From assembly GCA_902599655.1 (NCBI GenBank), contig CACKGC010000003.1:9066-73065 (forward strand): 64,000 bases of DNA, read 5' to 3'. This DNA is from an uncultured Fidelibacterota bacterium (lineage in GTDB: Bacteria > Fidelibacterota > Marinisomatia > Marinisomatales > Marinisomataceae). The position numbers and the translations under genes are program-made. This document shows, one piece after another, positions 28,323 through 37,681 of the stretch (its first letter is position 1; each line of letters opens with the position of its first letter). The notes below the pieces were generated by a model. That model did not search any database, was not told the origin of the DNA, and worked only from the letters and a program-made list of their open reading frames with translations.

Positions 28323-28754
28323 CTATCTTTCAACCATTGAGGCTAAAAATTCTGCTTTGGCTACAAGCTTATCATTAACATGACAAGTAGATTCAAACTT
28401 AAATGAATTTAACTTTTCATTTACTACTTTTGCATCTATAATAATTTGGTCACCTGGTATGACATTTGAATGAATTCTAAAATTGTTCACTTTTGATAAA
28501 TAAACTAAATGATTTTCTGGATTCTCAATAAAGTCCAGTATAATTAGACATGCTGATTGGGCCATTGACTCTAGTATTAGCACTCCAGGCATGATTGGCT
28601 TGTTAGGAAAATGCCCTGAAAAAAATGGTTCATTAATCGTAACATTTTTTAAAGTTTTAATTTCTTTTTTGTCCTTCTTATCAATAATCCTATCAACAAG
28701 TAAAAAAGGATAGCGATGCGGAATCATTTCTAAAATGTAGTTTATATCTTTCAT
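28323..28754 (-). CDS. fabZ: 3-hydroxyacyl-ACP dehydratase
   Basis: LPHRYPFLLVDRI and GHFPNKPIMPGVL motifs; 143 aa. Confidence 0.95.
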   Translation of the reverse strand: MKDINYILEMIPHRYPFLLVDRIIDKKDKKEIKTLKNVTINEPFFSGHFPNKPIMPGVLILESMAQSACLIILDFIENPENHLVYLSKVNNFRIHSNVIPGDQIIIDAKVVNEKLNSFKFESTCHVNDKLVAKAEFLASMVER

Positions 28755-29671
28755 TAAAATTGGTCTTTAAATTCTTCTCTTAAGATTCGTGCAAACTCAA
28801 CATTTCCTTTGTGTCCGCTTTTAATAGCAGTTACATGTCCTTTGATTGGCTTCCCCAACAAAGCTAAGTCCCCAATCAAGTCTAATGTTTTATGTCTTAC
28901 CGGCTCATTTTTAAATCTTAAATGCTGTGATTTATACAATCCTCGGGATCCTTGATAAAATTTGATACCAAACTTATCCATAAAAAACTTTACTTCATCT
29001 CCATCTATATCTTTATCAACAATGATTACTGCATTACCAACATTGCCGCCTTTAATTAATCCTTGCTTAGCCAATTCTGTAACTTCACTCAATAAACAAA
29101 ATGTTCTAGCAGGTGCTATCTGTTTCTCATAGTTCGTATATGCATTTTGAATTGAACTGTATTGAACATCTAAATCTTCTAAGTCATATTGAATCGTAAA
29201 AGTAGTTTTAAACCCGTCAAAAGGAACTGCTAGCACTTCAACATCTTTGTCTTCATCATTATAAACTACAGGCTTTGTGATTTCTAAAAAGTCAACTGAT
29301 GCATTTTGCTCAATGATTTCACCTTCTTTTAAAGCTGACACAAAATCTTTAGAACTTCCATCCATCACTGGAGGCTCTTTACTATTTAATTCAATTAAAA
29401 GATTATTAACTCTCATACCGGCACACGCTGACATTACATGCTCAGTGGTGTGTACTCTTACTCCATTCTCTTCGATTGTAGTACCACGGGTTAGATCAAC
29501 TACATTATCTATATCTGGAGTTACAACTTTATCTCCTTTATCATTTCTAATAAATTTGATTCCAGTATTTTCATCGGCAGGATGAAAAGTAACAGTGCTT
29601 TGAACGCCTGTATGAAGCCCTACTCCAGTACATGATACAGAATATTTGATCGTTTTTTGTTTAGCTGGCAT
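28754..29671 (-). CDS. lpxC: UDP-3-O-acyl-N-acetylglucosamine deacetylase
   Basis: GVGLHTG, TTEHVMSA, HKTLDLIGDL zinc and catalytic motifs; 305 aa. Shares nt 28754 with the fabZ start. Confidence 0.95.
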   Translation of the reverse strand: MPAKQKTIKYSVSCTGVGLHTGVQSTVTFHPADENTGIKFIRNDKGDKVVTPDIDNVVDLTRGTTIEENGVRVHTTEHVMSACAGMRVNNLLIELNSKEPPVMDGSSKDFVSALKEGEIIEQNASVDFLEITKPVVYNDEDKDVEVLAVPFDGFKTTFTIQYDLEDLDVQYSSIQNAYTNYEKQIAPARTFCLLSEVTELAKQGLIKGGNVGNAVIIVDKDIDGDEVKFFMDKFGIKFYQGSRGLYKSQHLRFKNEPVRHKTLDLIGDLALLGKPIKGHVTAIKSGHKGNVEFARILREEFKDQF

Positions 29672-30656
29672 CTTTTTTCAATCTTTTTTCAAGTAATTCG
29701 AATCTTGTGTAAATAGCATCTCTTTTTTGTTTCTCTTTAATAGGTCGTGCTGGATTCCCTGCGTACATTTCAGAACCTGGAAGTGATTTCAAAACACATG
29801 ACCTTGCAGCAATTACTGATTTTTCACCTAAAGTAATATGCGGTCCTATATCGCTCTTTCCAGCAATAGTTACAAAATCTTTAATTTTTGTACTTCCGCC
29901 AATAAAAACTCCTCCAGCAAATAAACATGCTTTTCCAATTGACACATTATGTGCAATATGTACCTGATTATCAAATTTACAAAAATCTGCGATTGTTGTA
30001 TCTTGGACCGAACCTCTATCAATAGTACATGCAGCCCCAATTTCAACATCATTACCAATAATTACTGATTTTATGTGAGGAATCTTATGGTGTTCATTTT
30101 CAACTGTATGATAACCAAAGCCATCACTTCCTATTACTGTCCCAGCATTTATAATGCAATTTTTTCCAAGAATGGTATTATCATACAACACAACATTATC
30201 ATAGATAACACTATTGTCTCCAATGATACATCCAGCATTAATTTTGACGCCATTTCCAATGAATACATTGTCACCAAGAACTACGTCTTGTTCAATAACT
30301 GAAAAAGCTCCAATGTGAAGGTTGTTCGGTTTTTCAATAGAGTCATGTAGTTCAGAATGCTTGGAAATACTAAATACAGGAACAGGTCTATTATCAAAAA
30401 GATCCAAAATAGTTATCATGGCCAAATACGGGTTTTCAACAACTATACCAGCGCTATCCTTTAAATCTTCATCTGAGGTAACAACAAATGCCGCTGCACT
30501 TGATGAAGTAATTTCTTTTTTATACTTAGGTAAGAATGCAAATGCTATCGATTTATTTGAAGCAGATTTTAAATTATCTACTGTGGAAATAGCAATACTA
30601 CCATCACCAATCAACTTTCCATTTACTTTATCAGCTAACTCTTTAAGAGAAATCAA
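29661..30656 (-). CDS. lpxD: UDP-3-O-acylglucosamine N-acyltransferase
   Basis: N-terminal uridine-binding domain, long left-handed beta-helix hexapeptide repeats, GNPARPI near the C-terminus. Confidence 0.9.
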   Translation of the reverse strand: MISLKELADKVNGKLIGDGSIAISTVDNLKSASNKSIAFAFLPKYKKEITSSSAAAFVVTSDEDLKDSAGIVVENPYLAMITILDLFDNRPVPVFSISKHSELHDSIEKPNNLHIGAFSVIEQDVVLGDNVFIGNGVKINAGCIIGDNSVIYDNVVLYDNTILGKNCIINAGTVIGSDGFGYHTVENEHHKIPHIKSVIIGNDVEIGAACTIDRGSVQDTTIADFCKFDNQVHIAHNVSIGKACLFAGGVFIGGSTKIKDFVTIAGKSDIGPHITLGEKSVIAARSCVLKSLPGSEMYAGNPARPIKEKQKRDAIYTRFELLEKRLKKDAS

Positions 30657-30668
30657 GTGCTAACCTTA

Positions 30669-31184
30669 TTATTCAGATGACTGATTGGTCTTTCTAAGCT
30701 CGTATAATACGTCGTCAGTTAAATCAATTGTTGGCTTTGTGTATAATGAAGCTTGAGAGCCATCAATGATTAAATCAAAACCCTTAGATATTGCAACTGC
30801 ATTTACAGCTGCTTTGAATTTTTCTACTAATTCAAATTCTAGTTGAGCTTGCTTTCTAGTGAGTTCACCATTTGGTCCAACTTTAGATAATTGGTAGCTT
30901 TGCATAGAGTTGTTCATATCAACAATGTCTTGTTCTTTAGCTTTCTTAAGTTCTTCTGACATCATCAAGCTTTGCTGTTCATACTCTTTAACCATGCTAT
31001 CTAATTGAGTTGCCATTGATTGATATTCTTTTTGAATGACTTCTAGTTCGAGCTGCAATTGTTGCTCGACGTCCTTAAACTCTTCAAAATCAAGTCTAAT
31101 TTTTTCAGAAAATACAATACCAATCTTTTGTTGGGAAAAAGCAATTCCTGTTAATAATAATACTGTTAATATTTTTTTATACAC
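30669..31184 (-). CDS. skp: OmpH/Skp-family periplasmic chaperone
   Basis: Signal peptide followed by a Gln/Glu/Lys-rich coiled coil; position between bamA and lpxD. GTG 31184 is preceded by AAGGAG with a 6-nt spacer; the longer ORF would overlap bamA. Confidence 0.75.
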   Translation of the reverse strand: MYKKILTVLLLTGIAFSQQKIGIVFSEKIRLDFEEFKDVEQQLQLELEVIQKEYQSMATQLDSMVKEYEQQSLMMSEELKKAKEQDIVDMNNSMQSYQLSKVGPNGELTRKQAQLEFELVEKFKAAVNAVAISKGFDLIIDGSQASLYTKPTIDLTDDVLYELRKTNQSSE

Positions 31185-31198
31185 TTTATTCTCCTTAG

Positions 31199-33577
31199 TT
31201 AAAAAGTTTGTCCAAATGTGATAGTATACTCCCAACCTTGGGCCTCTCCATCGCCAGTTATATCGTCAAAACCATATCCCATATCAAAGCCTAATTTACC
31301 AATACCTGGCATAAAAAACCTAACACCAACTCCAGCAGACTTCTTCATCGAAATTGAGCTAAATCTATCAATGTAAAATGGCTCTGTCAATGCAGATGTG
31401 TTCCATACATTCCCCATCTCTCCAAAAGCCATGACATAAATTACAGGATTTTCTGAAAGTGGAAATCTAAGTTCTGTAACAAATCTACCCATTGAATTAC
31501 CTCCAACGGCCTGCCCAGAAACAGTTTGTGGTCCTATAGCATTATCAGGATAACCTCGTAATGCATTACCATATGGGATACCATTACCTCCCATTATAAA
31601 TCTTTCGTCAAATGGGACAAATGACTGAATATCATCGCCTACATCTAGGGTTTTAATAACTCCAAGCTTAACTGAATTATATAAGATAAACTTTGAAAAT
31701 GTAGGAGTAAACCAATCTAGAGTTAACATATGCTTTTGAAAATTCTCATTTCCACCGAGGAATCCACCAGAATAAGTGTTTTCTAAAATAAAGGTTGAAC
31801 CATTTGTAGGAAATTCTGCTCTGTTTCTACTATCCCTTGACAATACTTGAGACAAACTAATACCTCTAGTTTTCTGTAATCCTCCGATATAATTATCTAT
31901 ATCAGATTGCGAACCTTCATATTCTTTTTGCATGAACTTTGCTGACCACATTACTCTAAAAAAATCATCAGGCCACTCTAGTCTCCTACCAAAGCTTGCT
32001 ACTGCGCCACCTACAGTAAAATCAAGTGGAAAATAATAATTGGTGGATGAACCTCTGAAAGAATAAAAAATAGATGCTCCAACAAGATAAGGACTATCAT
32101 TAATCATTGGATCTTGAAAACTAATATTTAAAGACCTATACTTTGAAGGTTCCTGAGTAGTATAAATTGAAAAATTGGTACCAGTACTTGCTCCAATATT
32201 TAACTTTTGTCCTTTTCCTCTAAAATTATCAAACTCAACCCCTGCTCCCCCAGTTATACCATATTCTCCAGTGAAACCAAGGTTAGCATTTATTCTTTGG
32301 GTTGATTTTTTTTCCTCAACAACAAAATCAAGGTTTACTTTATCGTCCGATATTGGAGTTACATCAGGTATCACATTATCAAAGTAATTTAAAATCCATA
32401 TATCTCTCTGGCTTCTCATCAACTTAGATCTACTAAAAACATCTCCTGGATAAAGCTTTAATTCTCTTCTAATAACATTTTCTCTAGTTTTTTCATTGCC
32501 TGAAACAAAAATATTTTCTACATAAACCTTGTTACCTTCATTAAAAACAAACTTAACATCTAATGAGTCCTTTCCAGCAGGGGTGACTTCGGGTGTAACA
32601 CTACTAAAAATGTATCCCTTATCTTGATAGGTGCTCATCATATTTTCATAAACAGATTTGTCAAATTGTTCTTTGGAAAATAAATCCCCTGGCTGAATTC
32701 CTAGAAGTCTTTTTAGCTCATCTTCTTCTGCAATTTGATTTCCATCAAAAATGAAATTTCTGTAGTAATATTTTGGCCCCTCTTCAATGTTTATTTGAAG
32801 CGTTAACGATGCATCATCTTCATTAACAATTAAACTATCACTAAGTACTCTAAAATCTCGGTGGCCTTCATTTTGATAGAAAGCTAATAATGCCTCTTTA
32901 TCTTCTGAAAATGTTTTAGAGTCAAAATTTTTAACCCAGAATGTCCACCATTTTTTTTGCTTAGTATTTGATAGCTCTTTTCTTAGCTTTCGTTCCGAAA
33001 AACTTTTATTACCATTAAAAGTTATATTATTTAGCCTATACTTTTTATTTTCATTGATAGTAAATAAAACGTCTCTCGGATAATCTACTCTCACGATTGT
33101 ATCTTGAGGAACAACAATTGAAGAAGATATTTCAACGTTATAATACCCGTCTTCTTTGTAAATGTCTGTAATCTTTCTAGCAGCTTTTTCAACAGAATTT
33201 GGTTTAATACGCTGACCAGATTTAAGTTCAATTTTTTCTCTAAATCTTCCCTCTCTAACAGTCATGCCCTCAAATAAAACCTGATTAAGAATTGGACTTT
33301 CTGAAACTTTAATTGTTATTTCTACCCCATATTGAGATTCGTTGTTTAAAACGATATTTACATCCTCAAACAAACCTAAATCCCATAATCTAGTTATAGC
33401 AGTAGAAATATCTGATCTTTGGATTTGTGTACCATCCCTTAGACCAGCAGAATATTTAATCATTTTATCTGAAGTAGTAGTATTCCCTTCAACATTTACT
33501 CTATACAGTGTAACTTGCTGAGCAAATATCTGGGAGTAAAAACACATAAAGAGTATAAATATTTTCACAAACTTCAT
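31199..33577 (-). CDS. bamA: Outer membrane protein assembly factor BamA
   Basis: 792 aa; N-terminal POTRA repeats; C-terminal Omp85 barrel ending ...YTITFGQTF. Confidence 0.9.
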   Translation of the reverse strand: MKFVKIFILFMCFYSQIFAQQVTLYRVNVEGNTTTSDKMIKYSAGLRDGTQIQRSDISTAITRLWDLGLFEDVNIVLNNESQYGVEITIKVSESPILNQVLFEGMTVREGRFREKIELKSGQRIKPNSVEKAARKITDIYKEDGYYNVEISSSIVVPQDTIVRVDYPRDVLFTINENKKYRLNNITFNGNKSFSERKLRKELSNTKQKKWWTFWVKNFDSKTFSEDKEALLAFYQNEGHRDFRVLSDSLIVNEDDASLTLQINIEEGPKYYYRNFIFDGNQIAEEDELKRLLGIQPGDLFSKEQFDKSVYENMMSTYQDKGYIFSSVTPEVTPAGKDSLDVKFVFNEGNKVYVENIFVSGNEKTRENVIRRELKLYPGDVFSRSKLMRSQRDIWILNYFDNVIPDVTPISDDKVNLDFVVEEKKSTQRINANLGFTGEYGITGGAGVEFDNFRGKGQKLNIGASTGTNFSIYTTQEPSKYRSLNISFQDPMINDSPYLVGASIFYSFRGSSTNYYFPLDFTVGGAVASFGRRLEWPDDFFRVMWSAKFMQKEYEGSQSDIDNYIGGLQKTRGISLSQVLSRDSRNRAEFPTNGSTFILENTYSGGFLGGNENFQKHMLTLDWFTPTFSKFILYNSVKLGVIKTLDVGDDIQSFVPFDERFIMGGNGIPYGNALRGYPDNAIGPQTVSGQAVGGNSMGRFVTELRFPLSENPVIYVMAFGEMGNVWNTSALTEPFYIDRFSSISMKKSAGVGVRFFMPGIGKLGFDMGYGFDDITGDGEAQGWEYTITFGQTF

Positions 33578-33580
33578 TTT

Positions 33581-34291
33581 CTAAACTTTCCCAAATGTTC
33601 TATTTCTTTTTTCATATTCTTGTAAAGCTTTTTCTAATTCTTTTTCATCAAAGTCTGGCCAATTTTTATCGCAAACATAAATTTCTGCATATGCTGATTG
33701 CCATAATAAAAAATTGCTAAGCCTATATTCACCACCAGTCCTGATTATCATATCTGGATCTGGCAATTCAGGGCAATATAAGTGATTTTTAAGAATTTCT
33801 TCATTAATAATTTTTACGTCTGATTTTATCAATGAATTGAATGCATCAACAATCTCTTGTCGTCCTCCGTAGCTAAGCGCTAAAGTTAAAATTAGTCCTG
33901 TATTGTTTTTTGTTTTTTCTATCGTAGATAATACCCAATCCCTTGTTTTGTCCGGCAAATCCTCTATTTTTCCTACGATATTAAACCTAATATTGTTCCT
34001 TAACATATTTTCAGTTTCTTTTTCAAGCATTCTAGAGAGTAAGACCATCAACATATCTATTTCTTTTTTTGGTCTTGACCAGTTTTCTTTGGAAAAGGTA
34101 TAGAGAGTTAGATGTGGTATTTCTTTTTTAACACAGTCATTTATGATTGTTTTTGCGGTTTGCGCTCCACTTTCATGACCAAAAGCTCTTGGATGATTTT
34201 TTTGTTTAGCCCATCTACCGTTACCATCCATTATAATTGCAAGATGATTAATGGAGTTTTTACTCATACTACTCTTCAAGGCTCTTTGCAA
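33581..34291 (-). CDS. uppS: Isoprenyl transferase (undecaprenyl-diphosphate synthase)
   Basis: HLAIIMDGNGRWA, TLYTFSKENWSRP, RTGGEYRLSNFLLWQ motifs. The alternative start ATG 34267 sits 1 nt after the mrp stop and may be the real one. Confidence 0.9.
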   Translation of the reverse strand: MQRALKSSMSKNSINHLAIIMDGNGRWAKQKNHPRAFGHESGAQTAKTIINDCVKKEIPHLTLYTFSKENWSRPKKEIDMLMVLLSRMLEKETENMLRNNIRFNIVGKIEDLPDKTRDWVLSTIEKTKNNTGLILTLALSYGGRQEIVDAFNSLIKSDVKIINEEILKNHLYCPELPDPDMIIRTGGEYRLSNFLLWQSAYAEIYVCDKNWPDFDEKELEKALQEYEKRNRTFGKV

Positions 34292-35375
34292 TTTTATTAA
34301 AAATTTCAGATACAGGGTGTTTATCGTTTGAGAAAACTAAAGGTTCCCCTTTATCAATAGATAACATTAGGTCTTCTGAATATGGAATTTGTCCTAATAG
34401 TGGAACATCAAGACGCTGGCTTTCATTAAGCCCTCCTCCTTCTTTAAAGAGATGAAATTTGTAATTGAATGATCTATCATCTTCTAGAGATATTTTCTTT
34501 TCGTTAATATACAGTTCAACATCAGATAAATCAGAATCTGAGGATTGAAGTTTTCCACTGATTTGCATAAATGACATGTTTTCCACTACTCCCAATAAAG
34601 GTGTTTTCACTTTACTAAACATATCTGCTCCTTTGCGAACATCAGTTAATGCAATATCATTTGGCGTTGTTACAATGATTGCTCCATCTAAAGGGATTTT
34701 TTGTGAAAGGGTTAGCTGAACATCTCCAGTACCTGGTGGAAGATCTAATATTAGATAATCTAATTCCCCCCATACTACATCTCTAAAAAACTGTTCAGTC
34801 ATTTTAGCTACAAGAGGTCCCCTCCATACAACCGGAGCTTGATTTCCACTTATAAAACCAAAACTCATTAATTTTAAATTATCTTTTAACACTGGTATGA
34901 TTTTTTGTTGATCATTTACCTCTGGATTTTCAATAATTCCCATGGTAATTGGTAAAGAAGGGCCATAAATATCTAAATCTAACAACCCAGTTTTATGTCC
35001 TGCTTTTGATAATGCTGCTGCTAAATTTAATGCAATAGTAGATTTTCCCACACCGCCTTTTCCGCTTGCAACAGCAATAATATTTTTAATATTTCCTTGG
35101 ACGTTTGCGTCCTTATTGCTCGTATCGACAGTTTTTCTGGGCGCTTGATCCAAAACTTTAATTTTAATCTCAAAATTATCTACTTTAATATTATCAGATA
35201 TTTCCTGAACCAGTTGATTCTTTTTTTCTTCATTGGAGGAAGAAATAGCAAGAATTATTGTGATAGTATTTTGATCAATAACGACATCTTGAACCATTCC
35301 AAAGGAAACAATATCTCTATTAAACCCTGGATAGTTAATTTGTTTGAGTTGATCTAATATTTGATTTTTATCCAT
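34269..35375 (-). CDS. mrp: Mrp/NBP35/ApbC-family P-loop ATPase (cysteine-free variant)
   Basis: N-terminal DUF59/MIP18-like domain (INYPGFNRDIVSFGMV), deviant Walker A VASGKGGVGKST, LDLPPGTGD. The translated protein contains no Cys. Confidence 0.85.
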   Translation of the reverse strand: MDKNQILDQLKQINYPGFNRDIVSFGMVQDVVIDQNTITIILAISSSNEEKKNQLVQEISDNIKVDNFEIKIKVLDQAPRKTVDTSNKDANVQGNIKNIIAVASGKGGVGKSTIALNLAAALSKAGHKTGLLDLDIYGPSLPITMGIIENPEVNDQQKIIPVLKDNLKLMSFGFISGNQAPVVWRGPLVAKMTEQFFRDVVWGELDYLILDLPPGTGDVQLTLSQKIPLDGAIIVTTPNDIALTDVRKGADMFSKVKTPLLGVVENMSFMQISGKLQSSDSDLSDVELYINEKKISLEDDRSFNYKFHLFKEGGGLNESQRLDVPLLGQIPYSEDLMLSIDKGEPLVFSNDKHPVSEIFNKIAKSLEE

Positions 35376-35441
35376 TTATTATATTATTGTATGATTGTGA
35401 AAATAGATAACGAATGTATAAAATGTTATAAAATTATCAAT

Positions 35442-35738
35442 TTATCTTTCTTGACCAAAAAAAGAATAATTTTTATCGATTGATGGCTCATACTCTTCAG
35501 GCACTTCGTCTTCATCGTAAATAGCATCAACAGGACATTCTGGCTCACAAGCCCCACAATCTATACATTCTTCTGGATTAATATATAATTGTTTATTGGT
35601 AGCGTCGTAACCGTCTTCTTTTGCCTCTTCGCCTGATCCTTCAGGGTCATCAGGACCATGAATGCAGTCAACAGGGCAAACCTCAACACATGCTGTGTCA
35701 CATGTTCCAACGCAAGGATCTGTTATAATGTATGTCAT
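35442..35738 (-). CDS. Ferredoxin (two Fe-S cluster motifs, FdxA-like)
   Basis: [27 protein letters not shown] ... [19 protein letters not shown] 35738 gives the canonical MTY N-terminus; the longer TTG ORF (35777) was rejected. Confidence 0.8.
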   Translation of the reverse strand: MTYIITDPCVGTCDTACVEVCPVDCIHGPDDPEGSGEEAKEDGYDATNKQLYINPEECIDCGACEPECPVDAIYDEDEVPEEYEPSIDKNYSFFGQER

Positions 35739-35769
35739 AATTAAGTTAATTATACGTAGTTTCAGTCCG

Positions 35770-36966
35770 ATGTTCAAACAAAAAAACTTAAATTTATTTT
35801 TGCTGTCAGTACCGTTAATGAATTCAATAGCCAGGGCTATTTATGATGTAGCTTTTATATGGCTTGTTCTAGAATTAACGAACTCTGAAAGAATTACTGG
35901 TCTGGTTGCAATGACATCTTACTTACCAGCTATACTTTGTGGACTGTTTATTGGAGCAATTGTTGATCTTTTTTCAAAAACTAAGATGATATCATTTGCT
36001 ACAATAATGCAGGGATTGATTTTGACATTAATTCCAATACTCTTTTTTTTTGATATAAAATCTGTTTGGGTTATTGTTTTAATTGCATTTTTTCATAATG
36101 CTTTTGGGTTACCGATGGTGCCCGCATTTAATGCATACCTACCAACACAAATTGAAAAAGATGGTCTTTTAAAAGCAAACTCAATTGTAAATATTTCTTG
36201 GCAAACAGCTGTATTAGTAGGGCCAATTATTGCTGCACAACTATTGACTGTCTATGATGTAGAAAATTTATTTCTTTTCTGTCTAGTGTTCTATTTTATA
36301 GCGGCTTTCATTACTTCTCTTGCTCCGAAAGATGAAGTTGAAAAAGAAGAAATCAACTTTAAGAAGATTTTCAACAAAACAAAGGAAGGTATTCTATATC
36401 TTAAAAAACATTCAACCTTTGCTTTCATAATCTTATTGACTTTGCTAAGCAACCTATTTGTTATGGGTCCTGCTATTGTTGGTATACCAATTTTGGTTAA
36501 ACTTTATTTAGGAGGAACAGCCTCTGATTTTGCGCTTGTTGAAGCTTTTGTTGGTCTTGGCATGCTTATAGGAACTGCTACTGTTTATAAAATTGGTCAC
36601 AAGTTCAATCATGGAACCTTGTTTCTTTTGGGTCTATTTATCGATGGAGCAAGTTTTTGCTTTTATTACTTTATTGAAACTATGACTCAATTAAACTTTT
36701 GGTCATGTGTGCATGGCATAGGGATTCCTTTTTTAATCATTTCAAGAGTATCTATTATGCAAAAGAACATACCAGAAAAACTACTGGGTAGAATCTTTGC
36801 AATCATTTCTGTTTCAATCTTAAGTATGACAGCAGTTTCTAGTGGCATTATAGGTTTTTTGGCTGAATTCATGAGTATTCATGAAATATTTTTATTGTTC
36901 GGTATACTAGCTGGTTTATGTGGTATTGCAGGAGTGTTGCATCCTAAAGTTAGATACCTAAACTAG
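35770..36966 (+). CDS. MFS-type transporter
   Basis: About 400-aa polytopic membrane protein with hydrophobic segments throughout and a central polar loop ([13 protein letters not shown]), as in MFS_3-like exporters. ATG 35770 is chosen to avoid overlap with the ferredoxin gene. Confidence 0.65.
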   Translation: MFKQKNLNLFLLSVPLMNSIARAIYDVAFIWLVLELTNSERITGLVAMTSYLPAILCGLFIGAIVDLFSKTKMISFATIMQGLILTLIPILFFFDIKSVWVIVLIAFFHNAFGLPMVPAFNAYLPTQIEKDGLLKANSIVNISWQTAVLVGPIIAAQLLTVYDVENLFLFCLVFYFIAAFITSLAPKDEVEKEEINFKKIFNKTKEGILYLKKHSTFAFIILLTLLSNLFVMGPAIVGIPILVKLYLGGTASDFALVEAFVGLGMLIGTATVYKIGHKFNHGTLFLLGLFIDGASFCFYYFIETMTQLNFWSCVHGIGIPFLIISRVSIMQKNIPEKLLGRIFAIISVSILSMTAVSSGIIGFLAEFMSIHEIFLLFGILAGLCGIAGVLHPKVRYLN

Positions 36967-37671
36967 AAGTTCTGATATTCTTTCCCTAGTTAAATCTCTC
37001 AACTCTTCAACTGACATATCTTTATAGTCTTGTGGAGTAATTGGTTCTCCAAATACTGTAGTAAGCTTACCTGGATTGACAATCCAGCTATTTCTTACAT
37101 TTGCTCTGTAAGCACCAACTAATCCAACAGGAACAATCGATGCTACATTTGTACTTTTTGCAAAATGGAATACACCTTTTTTGAATTCACCTAATTCTCC
37201 GGTGAGTGTTCTTTGACCCTCTGGAGATAATATCATAGAATCCCCATCTTCAACCAAAATTTTTTCTGCTGCTTTGAGGGTTTTAATAGCTTTATCTGTA
37301 TTATCGTGTGTTACTGCATAGGCACCATATCTTTTAGCAAAAAAACCAAATAAGGGCCATTTGAATACTCCTTCCCAGCCAATCGCATTAATATAGTAAG
37401 GAATGGATCCTCCTAACATAAAAACATCAAACATGGATTCGTGGTTAAACATAAAAATGTAAGGACCCTTTTCTTTTTTAGGTGCTTGGCCTTTTACGCT
37501 AAACCGCTGAAAAGAAACTAACATTAACAACCTGCTTGAAAAAGGTATTAAAGGATAATATGCATTTCTCATGTGCGTAAAGTATGAGCAGACAATACCA
37601 GTTATTAAAAACAAAGCAAATAATGGTAAAAATAAAATAAATACAATTGCGGATATTAATGTTTTTATCAT
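36958..37671 (-). CDS. plsC: 1-acyl-sn-glycerol-3-phosphate acyltransferase
   Basis: N-terminal TM segment, NHESMFD (HxxxxD) and SPEGQRT motifs. Confidence 0.8.
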   Translation of the reverse strand: MIKTLISAIVFILFLPLFALFLITGIVCSYFTHMRNAYYPLIPFSSRLLMLVSFQRFSVKGQAPKKEKGPYIFMFNHESMFDVFMLGGSIPYYINAIGWEGVFKWPLFGFFAKRYGAYAVTHDNTDKAIKTLKAAEKILVEDGDSMILSPEGQRTLTGELGEFKKGVFHFAKSTNVASIVPVGLVGAYRANVRNSWIVNPGKLTTVFGEPITPQDYKDMSVEELRDLTRERISELLV

Positions 37672-37681
37672 TCCGGCTATT

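Noticed and set aside
28303-28332. Programmed -1 frameshift producing a FabZ-LpxA fusion, as an alternative to ATT initiation
   Set aside because: The lpxA frame is -1 relative to fabZ, but the junction (GTTGAAAGATAGGAG) has no X-XXY-YYZ slippery heptamer. The -1 frame also carries a TGA at 28332-28330, leaving only a 2-codon window. SD plus ATT is the simpler explanation.
30322-30663. 113-aa plus-strand ORF inside lpxD (also 29277-29585 inside lpxC and 47109-47435 inside ispDF)
   Set aside because: These are antisense shadow ORFs within genes identified by strong motifs. They have no independent support.
35662-35769. N-terminal 36-codon extension of the MFS ORF (and the TTG 35777 extension of the ferredoxin ORF)
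   Set aside because: The extensions overlap each other's coding regions on opposite strands and encode non-conserved sequence. Internal ATGs give canonical N-termini.
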